64,000 bases of DNA from Scyliorhinus canicula (GCF_902713615.1 NC_052158.1:7987196-8051195), one strand, 5' to 3'. Shown: positions 11,432 through 23,160, counted from the first letter of the stretch. Numbers and translations: made by a program. The notes: generated by a model not told the origin, from the letters alone.

Positions 11432-11640
11432 GACCCAGATGACCATAGGCCGCTTTCCCTTTTCACAGGGAAAGTTGACTGGGTGTGATTTAAACTGAAT
11501 ATCATCACAGATAAGGGGCACGTTTCAGAAGGCGGGGATTTCATGAATAACCTCAGTCATACGGGAATTGAATCTACACTGTTGGCCTCGCTCTACATCA
11601 CAAACCAGCTGTCCAGCCAACTGAGCTAAATCGGCTCCCA
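11432..11640 (-). mobile_element. tRNA-derived SINE (second family)
   Basis: Reverse strand begins GGGAGCCGATTTAGCTCAGTTGG (A box) and contains GATTCAATTCCC (B-box-like). Confidence 0.65.
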
Positions 11641-12428
11641 CCGTAAGTAAAAGCACCACGAGTAATAGCATTGCTGTAGAATACCAAATAATTAAGCTCA
11701 GGCAACAATCCAAATTTCCAGGTTGTACTGAAGTGCTGGGCGCAGCTTATTGACAGTCTGCTATGGAATTGCTGTGTCTCTGGACCACTATGACTCACGT
11801 AGCTATGATGTTGTCACCAGAACTGAGATGCAGTGTTGTTTCTCTTTCCTCTCACTATCCAATGAAGTAAAGTAAAATGCCCACAGCAAAAAATCCTGGA
11901 ATCCACAAGTCACTGCAAAGGTCCTTTAAATTTTGTAATTTTTCCACAGTCTCTGGCATTGCATATTGACTGTGTGGCTACATTTGAGTTTTACATGCTG
12001 AGCACTTGGGCACAAAGCCATATCTGATCATTCTCTTCAATGTGTTAGATTGTTCTCGTTGACATGTCCCGCAAGTTGAATATTGCACTTAATTGGTTAA
12101 TGTATACCATGTGTCAGTGTCTGTCTATCCTTTGTTGCCACCACTCCAAGTGTTGCCTTCATATCGCTAAGATATTTAAAAGGAGAAACAAGCAGTCATT
12201 TGGAACGTTCAGATAGCTATCCGGGAACACCAGGAACATTGATTGCACTCATCGATCTGATGCAGACTGATAGTTCTAAACTGTAATGAACATTTTTAAC
12301 TAGAATATATTTATCAGCATTTGACTTTGTGGCCTTGAAAAAACTCACTGCCTCACCTCAGCAGCAGCGGCATGCAGAGGGGGGGGGCCGACAGTGCGCT
12401 GGCCCCGGGCAGCCATTGGATGGGGGCA

Positions 12429-12645
12429 GCACCGCGGTCGGCCAGAGCGCGCCTGCGCACCGCGGTCGGGTGGAGCGCGCCTGCGCACCGCGGTCGGGTG
12501 GAGCGCGCCTGCGCACCGTGGTCGGCCGGAGCACGCCTGCGCACCACGGTCGGCCGGAGCGCGCCTGCGCACCGTGGTCGGCCGGAGCACGCCTGCGCAC
12601 CGCGGTCGGGTGGAGCGCGCCTGCGCACTGCAGTCGGGTGGAGCT
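12429..12645. repeat. 28-bp CpG-rich minisatellite (GCACCGCGGTCGGGTGGAGCGCGCCTGC), about 8 copies
   Basis: Direct tandem units visible. Confidence 0.9.
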
Positions 12646-12706
12646 TTGGACTCGGAGGCTGGAGAAGGAGCAGAAAGGGTGCGAATTCTCCAGAATCGAC
12701 GGCAAT

Positions 12707-12722
12707 GCCACCATGGGTGAGT
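12707..12722 (+). promoter_or_regulatory. Perfect Kozak ATG immediately followed by a splice donor (GCCACCATGG|GTGAGT)
   Basis: The motif is seen directly downstream of the CpG-rich array; its function is inferred only. Confidence 0.35.
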
Positions 12723-12956
12723 TTTATTTATTCTTTATCTTTATCTTTTGATCTATTTTAAAACTCTTCTCTGCACCCTCTCTGTAGCTGTCAACTTACT
12801 AAACTGTCGTGCCCAGAATTTGACATTTGGGCCAGGGGCACCCATTTGGGACAGAACCAGTATTTTATGAAGATTCATCATGGCCTCTTAACTTTTGCCC
12901 TCTTACCCTTTATACTTAAAGCCCAGGGTCCTATAAATGGGAGATTCTCAGAGACA

Positions 12957-13265
12957 GGGGCAGCACGGTAGCATGGTGGTTCGCATAAATGCTTCACAGC
13001 TCCAGGGTCCCAGGTTCGGTTCCCGGCTGGGTCACTGTCTGTGCGGAGTCGGCACGTCCTCCCCGTGTGTGCGTGGGTTTCCTCCGGGTGCTCCGGTTTC
13101 CTCCCACAGTCCAAAGGTGTGCGGGTTAGGTGGATTGGCCATGCTAAATTGCCCGTAGTGTCCTAAAAAAGTAAGGCGGGGGTTGTTGGGTTACGGGTAT
13201 AGGGTGGATACGTGGGTTTGAGTAGGGTGATCATTGCTCGGCATAACATCGAGGGCTGAAGGGCT
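12957..13265 (+). mobile_element. tRNA-derived SINE (HE1-like, CR1-tailed)
   Basis: Full head and core; the 3' end (AACATCGAGGGCTGAAGGGC) matches the CR1 3' UTR at about 17945-17965. Confidence 0.9.
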
Positions 13266-14096
13266 GGAGCTCGGATCTTGAACAGAGCTTTATATCTGGA
13301 TTTGGGGACCCTTTATGCACTGGCATAGTGCACAAACAGGCCCCACATGACCAGGGTTTTGTGAAGAAGAAGGGATCTGGAAATGTGTCGACTGTGAAAA
13401 TTATATTTGTGGAAATTGGGTGAAGTAATGCCGGTGTTTGATGAGACTTGGTGGTAAAGCTTTAGAGAAATGAAGATGGAATTTGATTTGAAGAAGTTCA
13501 ACGTTTTGAAGGATATTGTGGCTGAAATGAATGCGATACGTGCTGAATGGGCTGACTGAGAAATGTGTGAGATATGTCTTTGTATCTGCTATGTGTAATT
13601 TATCGGTCATATTATTGCAATTTTCCTGTTAATTCATGTTTAATTTACGTTGATTTTGGTGTGATTGCTAATATAAAAGTTAAGTCTTGTATATTGGTCT
13701 TAGTTGGGTTGTTTGTAGTTTGTTTCCACAAGGGTCATAACAGTATTTCCATGACGTTGCTGCTCTTATCCTTCTCCATGGGGGTTGCAGAGGAGGGAGG
13801 CACAACTTTCGAGACATAACATCTCACCCATTGCTGCAAAGCAAAATGACTGAAGAAGAGAACAATATCCCTAGAATCCCAGCGCTAAGGGGAAATTGAC
13901 TAAATCTTACAGTGCAATTTAACCTCAGGCAGCCATCCTATACCTTAGAGATGACCTAGAGGCAGCTTGGGACCTGTCGTGAAGGTGAGTGAGTGCCTTT
14001 AAATTTGCTTACCTTTCACTGGGAGCAGGGTTTGAGGGAATATCAGGTAAGCTCTTCGTTTCTTTTTCTTCTTCTTGTTTTTTTTAAAACCTAGAG

Positions 14097-15005
14097 GTGA
14101 TGTCAGGGAAGGCAGTACAATGCTCCTCCTGCAGAATGTTTGAGGTGAGGGACGCCGTCAGTGTCCCTGCTGATTTCATCTGTGGGAAGTGCACCCAACT
14201 CCAGCTCCTCAAAAACCGTGTTAGGGACCTGGAGCTTGGGCTGGATGAACTTCGGATCATTCGGCAGGCAGAGGGGGTCATAGATAGGAGCTTCAGGGAA
14301 GTAGTTACACCAAAGACTGGAGATAGATGGGTAACTGTAAGAGGGACTGGGAAGAAGCAGTCAGTGCAGGAACCCCCTGCGGTCGTTCCCCTGAGTAACA
14401 AGTATACCGTTTTGGATACTTGTGGGGGGGACGACTTACCAGGGGTAAGCCATGGGGTACGGGCCTCTGGCACGGGGTCTGTCCCTGTTGCTCAGAAGGG
14501 AAGGGGGGAAAGGAGTAGAACATTAGTAATTGGGGACTCAATAGTCAGGGGCACAGATAGGAGATTTTGTGGGAGCGAGAGAGACTCATGTTTAGTATGT
14601 TGCCTCCCAGGTGCAAGGGTACGTGATGTCTCGGATCGTGTTTACCGGGTCCTTAAGGGGGAGGGGGAGCAGCCCCAAGTCGTAGTCCACATTGGCACTA
14701 ACGACATAGGTAGGAAAGGGGACAAGGATGTCAGGCAGGCCTTTAGGGAGCTAGGATGGAAGCTCAGAGCGAGAACAAACAGAGTTGTTATCTCTGGGTT
14801 GTTGCCCGTGCCACGTGATAGTGAGATGAGGAATAGGGAGAGAGAGCAATTAAACACGTGGCTACAGGGATGGTGCAGGTGGGAGGGATTCAGATTTCTG
14901 GATAACTGGGGCTCTTTCTGGGGAAGGTGGGACCTCTATAGACAGGATGGTCTACATCTGAACCTGAGGGGCACCAATATCCTGGGGGGGGGGGAGATTT
15001 GTTAG
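14097..15005 (+). CDS. CR1 ORF1p (zinc finger, coiled coil, SGNH esterase)
   Basis: CSSC...CGKC, leucine heptads, LVIGDSIVR, VVHIGTND, DGLHLN; the end is frameshifted by an expanded G run near 14985. Confidence 0.88.
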   Translation: MMSGKAVQCSSCRMFEVRDAVSVPADFICGKCTQLQLLKNRVRDLELGLDELRIIRQAEGVIDRSFREVVTPKTGDRWVTVRGTGKKQSVQEPPAVVPLSNKYTVLDTCGGDDLPGVSHGVRASGTGSVPVAQKGRGERSRTLVIGDSIVRGTDRRFCGSERDSCLVCCLPGARVRDVSDRVYRVLKGEGEQPQVVVHIGTNDIGRKGDKDVRQAFRELGWKLRARTNRVVISGLLPVPRDSEMRNREREQLNTWLQGWCRWEGFRFLDNWGSFWGRWDLYRQDGLHLNLRGTNILGGGEIC

Positions 15006-15011
15006 TGCTCT

Positions 15012-17312
15012 TTGGGGGGGTTTAAACTAATTCAGCAGGGGCATGGGAACCTGGATTGTAGTTTTGGGGTACGGGAGATTGAGAGTATAGAGGTCAGGAG
15101 CACAGATTTGACTTCGCAGGAGGGTGCCAGTGTTCAGGTAGGTGGTTTGAAGTGTGTCTACTTCAATGCCAGGAGTATACGAAATAATGTAGGGGAACTG
15201 GCAGCATGGGTTGGTACCTGGGACTTCGATGTTGTGGCCATTTCAGAGATATGGATAGAGCAGGGACAGGAATGGTTGTTGCAGGTTCCGGGGTTTAGGT
15301 GTTTTAGTAAGGTCAGAGAAGGGGGCAAAAGAGGGGGAGGTGTGGCGCTGCATGTCAAGGACAGTATTACGGTGGCGGAAAGGATACTAGATGGGGACTC
15401 TTCTTCCGAGGTAATATGGGCTGAGGTTAGGAACAGGAAAGGAGAGCTCACCCTGTTGGGAGTTTTCTATAGGCCACCTAATAGTTCTAGGGATGTAGAG
15501 GAAAGGATGGCGAAGATGATTCTGGAAAAGAGCGAAAGTAACAGGGTAGTTGTTATGGGAGACTTTAACTTTCCAAATATTGACTGGAAAAGATATAGTT
15601 CGAGTACATTAGATGGGTCGTTCTTTGTACAATGTGTGCAGGAGGGTTTCCTGACACAATATGTTGACAGGCCAACAAGAGGCGAGGCCACATTGGATTT
15701 GGTTTTGGGTAATGAACCAGGCCAGGTGTTAGATCTGGAGGTAGGTGAGCACTTTGGAAACAGTGACCACAATTCGGTGACCTTTACGTTAGTGATGGAA
15801 AGGGATAAGTATACCCCGCAGGGCAAGAGTTATAGCTGGGGGAAGGGCAATTATGATGCCATTAGACATGACTTAGGATGTGTAGGTTGGAGAACAAGGC
15901 TGCAAGTGTTGGGCACACTGGATATGTGGAGCTTGTTCAAGGAACAGCTATTGCATGTTCTTGATAAGTACGTACCAGTCAGGCAGGGAGGAAGGGGTCG
16001 AGCGAGGGAACCGTGGTTTACCAAAGAAGTGGAATCTCTTGTTAAGAGGAAGAAGGAGGCCTATGTGAAGATGAGGCGTGAAGTTTCAGTTGGGGCGCTT
16101 GATAGTTACAAGGAAGCGAGGAAGGATCTAAAGAGAGAGCTAAGACGAGCAAGGAGGGGACATGAGAAGTCTTTGGCAGGTAGGATCAAGGAAAACCCAA
16201 AAGCTTTCTATAGGTATGTCAGGAATAAAAGAATGACTAGGGTAAGAGTAGGGCCAGTCAAGGACAGTGGTGGGAAGTTGTGTGTGGAGGCTGAGGAGAT
16301 AAGCGAGATACTAAATGAATACTTTTCGTCAGTATTCACTCAGGAAAAAGATAATATTGTGGAGGAGAATGCTGAGACCCAGGCTATTAGAATAGATGGC
16401 ATTGAGGTGCGTTGGGAAGAAGTGTTGGCAATTCTGGACAAGGTGAAAATAGATAAGTCCCCGGGGCCTGATGGGATTTATCCTAGGATTCTCTGGGAAG
16501 CCAGGGAAGAGATTGCTGAGCCTTTGGCTTTGATTTTTAGGTCATCATTGGCTACAGGAATAGTGCCAGAGGACTGGAGGATAGCAAATGTGGTCCCTTT
16601 GTTCAAGAAGGGGAGTAGAGATAACCCCGGTAACTATAGGCCGGTGAGCCTAACGTCTGTGGTGGGTAAAGTCTTGGAGAGGATTATAAAAGATATAATT
16701 TATAATCATCTGGATAGGAATAATATGTTTAGGGATAGTCAGCATGGTTTTGTGAAGGGTAGGTCATGCCTCACAAAACTTATCGAGTTCTTTGAGAAGG
16801 TGACTGAACAGGTAGACGAGGGTAGAGCAGTTGATGTGGTGTATATGGATTTCAGTAAAGCGTTTGATAAGGTTCCCTACGGTCGGCTATTGCAGAAAAT
16901 ACGGAGGCTGGGGATTGAGGGTGATTTAGAGATGTGGATCAGAAATTGGCTAGTTGAAAGAAGACAGAGAGTGGTAGTTGATGGGAAATGTTCAGAATTG
17001 AGTTCAGTTACGAGTGGCGGACCACAAGGATCTGTTCTGGGGCCGTTGCTGTTTGTCATTTTTATAAATGACCTAGAGGAGGGCGCAGAAGGATGGGTGA
17101 GTAAATTTGCAGACAACACTAAAGTCGGTGGAGTTGTAGACAGTGCGGAAGGATGTTGCAGGTTACAGAGGGACATAGATAAGCTGCAGAGCTGGGCTGA
17201 GAGGTGGCAAATGGAGTTTAATGTGGAGAAGTGTGAGGTGATTCACTTTGGAAAGAATAACAGGAATGCGGAATATTTGGCTAATGGTAAAATTCTTGGT
17301 AGTTGTGGGTGA
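15012..17312 (+). CDS. CR1 ORF2p (AP endonuclease + RT), interrupted near 17312, remainder in other frames to about 17800
   Basis: YFNARSI, GDFNFP, SDHN, QHGF..SC, DFSKAFDKV, QGSVLGPLLF; the catalytic motif reads FADN instead of FADD. Confidence 0.9.
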   Translation: MGGFKLIQQGHGNLDCSFGVREIESIEVRSTDLTSQEGASVQVGGLKCVYFNARSIRNNVGELAAWVGTWDFDVVAISEIWIEQGQEWLLQVPGFRCFSKVREGGKRGGGVALHVKDSITVAERILDGDSSSEVIWAEVRNRKGELTLLGVFYRPPNSSRDVEERMAKMILEKSESNRVVVMGDFNFPNIDWKRYSSSTLDGSFFVQCVQEGFLTQYVDRPTRGEATLDLVLGNEPGQVLDLEVGEHFGNSDHNSVTFTLVMERDKYTPQGKSYSWGKGNYDAIRHDLGCVGWRTRLQVLGTLDMWSLFKEQLLHVLDKYVPVRQGGRGRAREPWFTKEVESLVKRKKEAYVKMRREVSVGALDSYKEARKDLKRELRRARRGHEKSLAGRIKENPKAFYRYVRNKRMTRVRVGPVKDSGGKLCVEAEEISEILNEYFSSVFTQEKDNIVEENAETQAIRIDGIEVRWEEVLAILDKVKIDKSPGPDGIYPRILWEAREEIAEPLALIFRSSLATGIVPEDWRIANVVPLFKKGSRDNPGNYRPVSLTSVVGKVLERIIKDIIYNHLDRNNMFRDSQHGFVKGRSCLTKLIEFFEKVTEQVDEGRAVDVVYMDFSKAFDKVPYGRLLQKIRRLGIEGDLEMWIRNWLVERRQRVVVDGKCSELSSVTSGGPQGSVLGPLLFVIFINDLEEGAEGWVSKFADNTKVGGVVDSAEGCCRLQRDIDKLQSWAERWQMEFNVEKCEVIHFGKNNRNAEYLANGKILGSCG

Positions 17313-18827
17313 GCAGAGGGATCTCGGTGTCCATGTACATAGATCCCTGAAAGTTGCCACCCAGGTTGATAGGGTTGTGAAGAAGGCCTATGGCATTTAT
17401 TGGTAGAGGGATTGAGTTCCGGAGCCATGAGGTCATGTTGCAGTTGTACAAAACTCTAGTACGGCCGCATTTGGAGTATTGCGCACAGTTCTGGTCGCCT
17501 CATTATAGGAAGGACGTGGAAGCTTGGAACGGGTGCAGAGGAGATTTACCAGGATGTTGCCTGGTATGGAGGGAAAATCTTATGAGGAAAGGCTGATGGA
17601 CTTGAGGTTGTTTTCGTTAGAGAGAAGAAGGTTAAGAGGTGACTTAATAGAGGCATACAAAATGATCAGAGGGTTAGATAGGGTGGACAGCGAGAGCCTT
17701 CTCCCGCGGATGGAGGTGACTAGCACGAGGGGACAATGCCTTAAATTGAGGGGTAATAGATATAGGACAGAGGTTAGAGGTGGGTTTTTTTACACAAAGA
17801 GTGGTGAGGCCGTGGAATGCCCTACCTTCAACAGTTGTGAACTCGCCAACATTGAGGGCATTTAAAAGTTTATTGGATAAGCATATGGATGATAATGGCA
17901 TAGTGTAGGTTAGATGGCCTTTAGTTTTTTTTTCCATGTCGGTGCAACATCGAGGGCCGAAGGGCCTGTACTGCGCTGTATCGTTCTATGTTCTAAAGAT
18001 AAAGAGGTCAGTGAATAGCTCTAGAACGGGTGCAACTACGTTTTCTATAGGTTTTTTGGTGATATTTAATGAAATATTTACGTGGGGCTTTGGGGCATAC
18101 AATCAAGATTTGCCCCGGGCATCACCAGACCTCTGCACGCCACTGCTCAGCAGCGTTGTGCATAATGGTCCAACACTCCTACAGTGACAAGGGAACACAA
18201 ACAGGCTAATCTAGATCCAATCCATTCCCTTGTCTCTTTCTACATGAACTTCCTAAACTCTTCCCTGTTCACCCCACATTTACCTTTATTTTGTTCAAGC
18301 AGTGAGCTTCCCTCTTAAAAATATTAATGGGCTTGACTTCGACACTGCTTTGTGGCAAATAATTCTGTATTCGAATAACCCTGTGTGCCAATAATTCTGA
18401 TCACTGTTAGTGTGTGCTCTTGTCTAACAGATTGTTGATCACTTTTTAATTATGAAGGCCGATAGTAGGATTGTGATAGTGATTTGGAATGTTAACTGTC
18501 ATGCTGTGAGTATCAACACAAAAGACTGTCCAATTTCTGCCATATGTAGCAATGTAACTCATGAATTAATATTGTTAGAAACTAGAGATATTTAAGTTGT
18601 CTGTGTGAGTGTTATGAAAAAGGTATGGCTTTAAGTTTAATTTATATTTCTGTATTTGTGTGCTAAACGGGGAACCTGGGTTTTGGTTTCACTTTAAAAG
18701 ATGCCTGCATTTTAATGAGGTTTTATGATTCTTAAAGAAGGAAAACTCTGCTTTTAGGCCGCAACAGGAGGCCCCAGAAACAAAAAAGCAGTTTTAGTTC
18801 AGTTGGATAAAGTACCTTTCATAGTCA

Positions 18828-19345
18828 TGGAGGAGTCTGAAAAGGAGAGTCAAAAGAAAGGTTTATTACAAAAAGTAAAGTATTTACACATAACAGTCCC
18901 GGTCGGGATTACTCTGCAGCCCAGCTCCTACCTGGGTCAGCTTTTAATGTACTGAGTTAACAAGCCCACTGATGGGCCTTCGCCACTCAGTCAGGGAGAA
19001 CATACTCTATGAGGCCCATGGGGAGATTAATTGGGTCATCCCCATGAGTTCTAACATCCCTCATCCCCCCCCCCCTCCCCGCCCCAAAGTCCATATGTCC
19101 CTCCAAAGAAGGTCAGGAAGGAGGAAGTCTGCTTCTCTTTGCCCATGGCTACACTTCCAGTAGCTGCGGGACTGGGTCAAGGGTTACGTAGCATGTTGTG
19201 GAATTATACTTCCTCGATCACCATTGAGTGGTACCACTGGCGACTGATCCCTGGCCTGGTCGCCATCGGATGTCTGGGTCTCCATCTCCGAGTCAGAGTT
19301 TACTACCTCTCATCTCTCTGTGGCAGGGGCCCCATTTGTCAGGGT
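18828..19345 (-). mobile_element. Gypsy 3' internal end, polypurine tract and 3' LTR
   Basis: On the minus strand a G-rich PPT (GGGGATGAGGGA) directly precedes TGTTAGAAC at 19056; AATAAA near 18865. Confidence 0.6.
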
Positions 19346-20089
19346 GACGTGGCTAAGGGACTGTTCGTCTGATGGGGCATGGCTTAACAAATTGCAATCA
19401 TATGCCTGAGTGATTGGAATGGATTTGTGATTGGAATGCACTTACCTCTCTTTGCTGTAGTTGATGTTTGTAAACATTGGAGTTTCAGCACTTGGAGTCA
19501 CTCATGAGATCAATGGCTCACGCGTCAAGGCTGCAGCTGTTTTCTGGAAGCTATCAATTACAACCCACTACTAGAAATGAATGAGTGGCTTGCAGCTAAT
19601 GGATCTGAGGGGTTGAAATCCAGGTACTAACACGTGGAACTTCCAGGTAAGTGTTATAGTTGTAATATTTTTCACTAGCCATGTCTGGAGGCTCTTTTCT
19701 GGGGGTGGGGGATGTCGTGAGTGGTGGTCTGTAGGGGGATTCCCTTTAGTCAGGGGTCCCTTTAGTTAGGAGGTCCATGTGGGGTGTTCCTTTAGTTACG
19801 GGGTCTCTCTATGGGTCCCTCTAGTTAGTGGATCTCTGGGGGAGTTACTTCAATTAGGGGATCCCAGGAGGTCTCCATATTCATGGTGTCCATGGGGGGG
19901 GGTCTCCCTATTCATGTTGGGGAGGGGAGCAAACAGGCCAGGCGGCTAGATTCTGGAGAATGCAGTGGCAACAGCATGGTCGGACGCTCAAGGCAGCAGC
20001 CTAGGTGCAGGGTCACCCTACACCTAAGGGCCTGGCCGCCCATCAGGCTGGCAGGGGCCCAGAGAGGGAGGCAGGCGACAGCACTAGGT

Positions 20090-21040
20090 GTACAGTCATC
20101 GCTGGTCACTTGAGGAACTGTCTTTCAGCATGTGCCGCAGGAGGCTCCACCTCAACAAGGGGATGGTGTGGCACCTGTGACATTTCCTTAGGACTTGTCA
20201 CCGCATGGAGAAGGAGCATACCCACTCCTGATGGCCGTCAACGTCACCGCAGCCCTGTACCTTTACACATCAGGTTCATTCCAGGCTCGAGCGGAACTTG
20301 GGGTGGCATATCCCAACTTAGAGCCCACAAGTGCATCCATGAAGTCATGGATGCTTGTTTGCCTGGGCAGCTGCCTATACAAACTTTGACCTGGACCTGC
20401 CTATACAAACTGTGATCTGGACCTAGCTCATCAAGATGTCAGGGTGCCCCAAGTCCAGGGTGCAATAGAAGGCATGTGTGTCGTCTTGCGCGCACCAGGC
20501 AGTCCGGGAGCATTCTACATTAACTGGAAGGGGTTCTGCTCCCTGAATATTCAACATGTGTGTGATCACCACCTCAAGATCATGAACCTGTATGCATGCT
20601 TCCCCGGGGCATCTACACCCTGGGGCAGTCAGAGATCCCCGGCATCTTCAAGGGACCTCCGAGGATTATCATTTGGCTCTTGGAGAATAATGGGTACCTG
20701 CTGTGGTCCTGGCTAATGCCGCCAATGCTGAGGCCAGAGACCGGTGCGGAGACCCAGTATAACGAGGCCCATTTGGCCACTCGGGCTGTCATTGAGTGGT
20801 GCACCTGACTGCTAAAAATGCAGATCAGGTGGCTCGACCGCTTTGGTGGTGCACTACAGCACATACCGCCCCCCAGAGGGTCACCCACCATTATGGTGGT
20901 CTGCTGTGTCCTCCACAACCTGGCACAGCAGCAGGGATGCGTTCGAGGTGGAGGAGGAGGAAAATGCGGCCATGTCTGAGGAGGAGGACAAGGAGGAGCC
21001 GAACCAGGAGGGGCTGGAAGATGAGCCCATGCAGGACCCG
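20090..21040 (+). pseudogene. Harbinger (HARBI1-like, DDE_Tnp_4-type) transposase pseudogene
   Basis: VTAALYLYTSGSFQ; PQVQGAIEG; YINWKGFCSLNIQHVCD; WLLENNGY..WLMPP; YNEAHLATRAVIE; CCVLHNLA; acidic tail; several frameshifts. Confidence 0.9.
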
Positions 21041-21094
21041 TGAGAGCAGTCAGAGAACTGAGGACAGGTCAGTGCAGCGAGGGTCCAGCATGCC

Positions 21095-21218
21095 TTGTGG
21101 GCTCTAGGTCGGGATATGCCACCCAAGCCTGGAATGAACCTGATGTGTAAAGGTACAGGGCTGCAGTGACCTTGGCGGCCACCGGGAGTGGGTGAGCTCC
21201 TCCTCTATGTGGTGCGTT
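21095..21218 (-). mobile_element. Inverted copy of the Harbinger transposase N-terminus
   Basis: GGAHPLPVAAKVTAALYLYTSGSFQA is the reverse complement of about 20200-20330. Confidence 0.75.
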
Positions 21219-21561
21219 CATAGAATTTACAGTGCAGAAGGAGGCCATTTGGCCCATCGAGTCTGCACCGGCTCTTGGAAAGAGCACCCTACTCAAGTCC
21301 ACACCTCGACCCTATCCCCGTAACCCAGTAACCCCACCTAACATTAAGGGCAATTTGGACCCTAAGGGCAATTTATCATGGCCAATCCACCTAACCTGCA
21401 CATCTTTGGACTGTGGGAGGAAACCGGAGCACCCGGAGGAAACCCGCGCAGACACAGGGAGAACGTGCAGATTCCACACAGACAGTGACCCAAGCCGGGA
21501 TTCGAACCTGGGACCCTGGAGCTGTGAAGCATTTGTGCGAACCACCATGCTACCGTGCTGC
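21219..21561 (-). mobile_element. tRNA-derived SINE (HE1-like)
   Basis: Complete head, core and tail on the minus strand. Confidence 0.9.
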
Positions 21562-22299
21562 CACTGTGCTACAATGAAGAGGGAGGTCCTCATCATCGCC
21601 CGCTTCTTGTAGGATGTGGCTTTGTCTCAGGTGTAATGTGTTTGAATGGTGAATAATCGTGACCCTAACTGTTCCTAGGTACTGATGATGCCACCCGCCC
21701 TCCCCGCAATGCTCTCTCAATGATCCTCACATTGCTTAACCCTCCCTGCTCCAGGTGTATCCCATGATGCACATCAGAGGCGGAGCCAGCCCGCTGCTTA
21801 CCATGCCCTGTGGTCTTTGATGCCCCTGGCGGGTGTCCTCTGGGGCCTGAGGGACCTGGCCGCCTGGCCAGTGGCAAATTCTTCGCCTTGCCACCCTGTT
21901 CTACCCGCTGACTCCAAGAAGCACCATTGCCAGGAGAAAGAGGATTTGGGAGAGCTGGTGACTGCCAGAAGATCTTAGTCTCTTAATTATAATCAATAGA
22001 CACAATAAAATATTTTATTTTGCATCCGAGAAGTGTAACTTAAATTGTACTGAGTTATGAAGTGTATACGAGACATTTAAACCGCATGGTAGATTCCTAC
22101 ATCAGGTAATAGAGAGGCATCACTGAGGGCATCCACACCTTGGTGCAGACAATGGGGAGCCTCCAGAGGTGGCAGAGCTACATGAGGTAGGGGCCTCTTG
22201 ACCTCAATCCAGCCAGGGCTCCATCGCAAGGTGACCCCCAGGGCCCTATGGGCGCTGACCGGGAGGAGGGAACACCAGAGGCCAACAATTCACACCTCT

Positions 22300-22516
22300 T
22301 TAACCTGTTATTACCCCTCGCTCTGAATCTGTAAAGACTTAATTACCTGCAAATGCTAGCATTCAAAGCATTGTCTTGCATCTTTGACTTTGTCTATATA
22401 TATGTTTCTGGAACCTACCTCTTCATTCACCTGAGGAAGGAGCAGTGCTCTGAAAGCTAGTGATTTGAAACAAACCTGTTGGACTTTGACCTGGTGTTGT
22501 AAGATTTCTTACTGTT
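22300..22516 (+). mobile_element. Penelope-like element terminal repeat fragment
   Basis: Carries a minimal hammerhead motif and GAAACAAACCTGTTGGACTTT...GTAAGA shared with 22996-23160. Confidence 0.65.
22427..22463 (+). ncRNA. Minimal type I hammerhead ribozyme motif
   Basis: TCAC-CTGAGGA-A-GGAGC(AGT)GCTCT-GAAA-GC-TA-GTGA: helix I TCAC/GTGA, conserved core, helix II, palindromic AGCT stem III. Confidence 0.75.
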
Positions 22517-22995
22517 CCCAATTTTAGACAAACACTGAAGTGAGAAGCTGGCACAACTTTCTCACTGATACCTATATGTTAACATCACTTTTCTTAAAAT
22601 CATTATTAAAACATTTTTATGTGCAGCCCTTTCATATTCAGATTATTATCATTTAGGTGGGTGCAGGTGGGTGGTCTTTGATTGTTAATTTATTTGAGGA
22701 GGGCCCTTCAACCAGTGTCACTGGTCCAGGCACTCAGTTGTACCAAACCAGGGTTGGTGTTTCAGCCATGCCCAACACCATGTTACCAGAGTAACTAGGG
22801 ATGGACAATAAATCACTTAACAGTGGTACCCAGACCCCAGGAAATTGTATGACAGACCAGATTACAGAAAATCAAACAAGACAGATTAATTCCTGATAAG
22901 AATGGTCGGTAGCTCAGTGTTAACCTCTCCTAACTTTGTGTCCCTTGTGTCTGGGTTTGTCTTTCTCATACTCACTGTAGTTTATGAGAAGATAG

Positions 22996-23160
22996 TAAGA
23001 AGACTTACAACATCAGGTTCAAGTCCAACAGGTTTGTTTCAAACCTGAGGAAGGAGCAGTGCTCCGAAAGCTAGTGTTTGAAACAAACATGTTGGACTTT
23101 AACCTGTTGTTGTAAGACTTCTTACTGTGCTCACCCCAGTCCAAAGCCAGCTTCTCCACA
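22996..23160 (+). mobile_element. Penelope-like terminal repeat with inverted arm and hammerhead core (23045-23074)
   Basis: Inverted arms about 22996-23044 and 23076-23125; 14-bp TSD TTATGAGAAGATAG (22982-22995, 23161-23174). Confidence 0.75.

Larger units (their letters stand above)
13945..17996 (+). mobile_element. Near full-length CR1 LINE
   Basis: 5' UTR, ORF1, ORF2 and 3' GTTCTATGTTCTA tail present in order. Confidence 0.93.

Noticed and set aside
12429-12645. Regular 28-bp repeats resembling a CRISPR array
   Set aside because: The units are contiguous with no unique spacers, there are no cas genes, and the context is vertebrate.
18570-18830. Possible additional LTR around the Gypsy end
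   Set aside because: A TGTTAG start is present but neither the other terminus nor a TSD could be defined.
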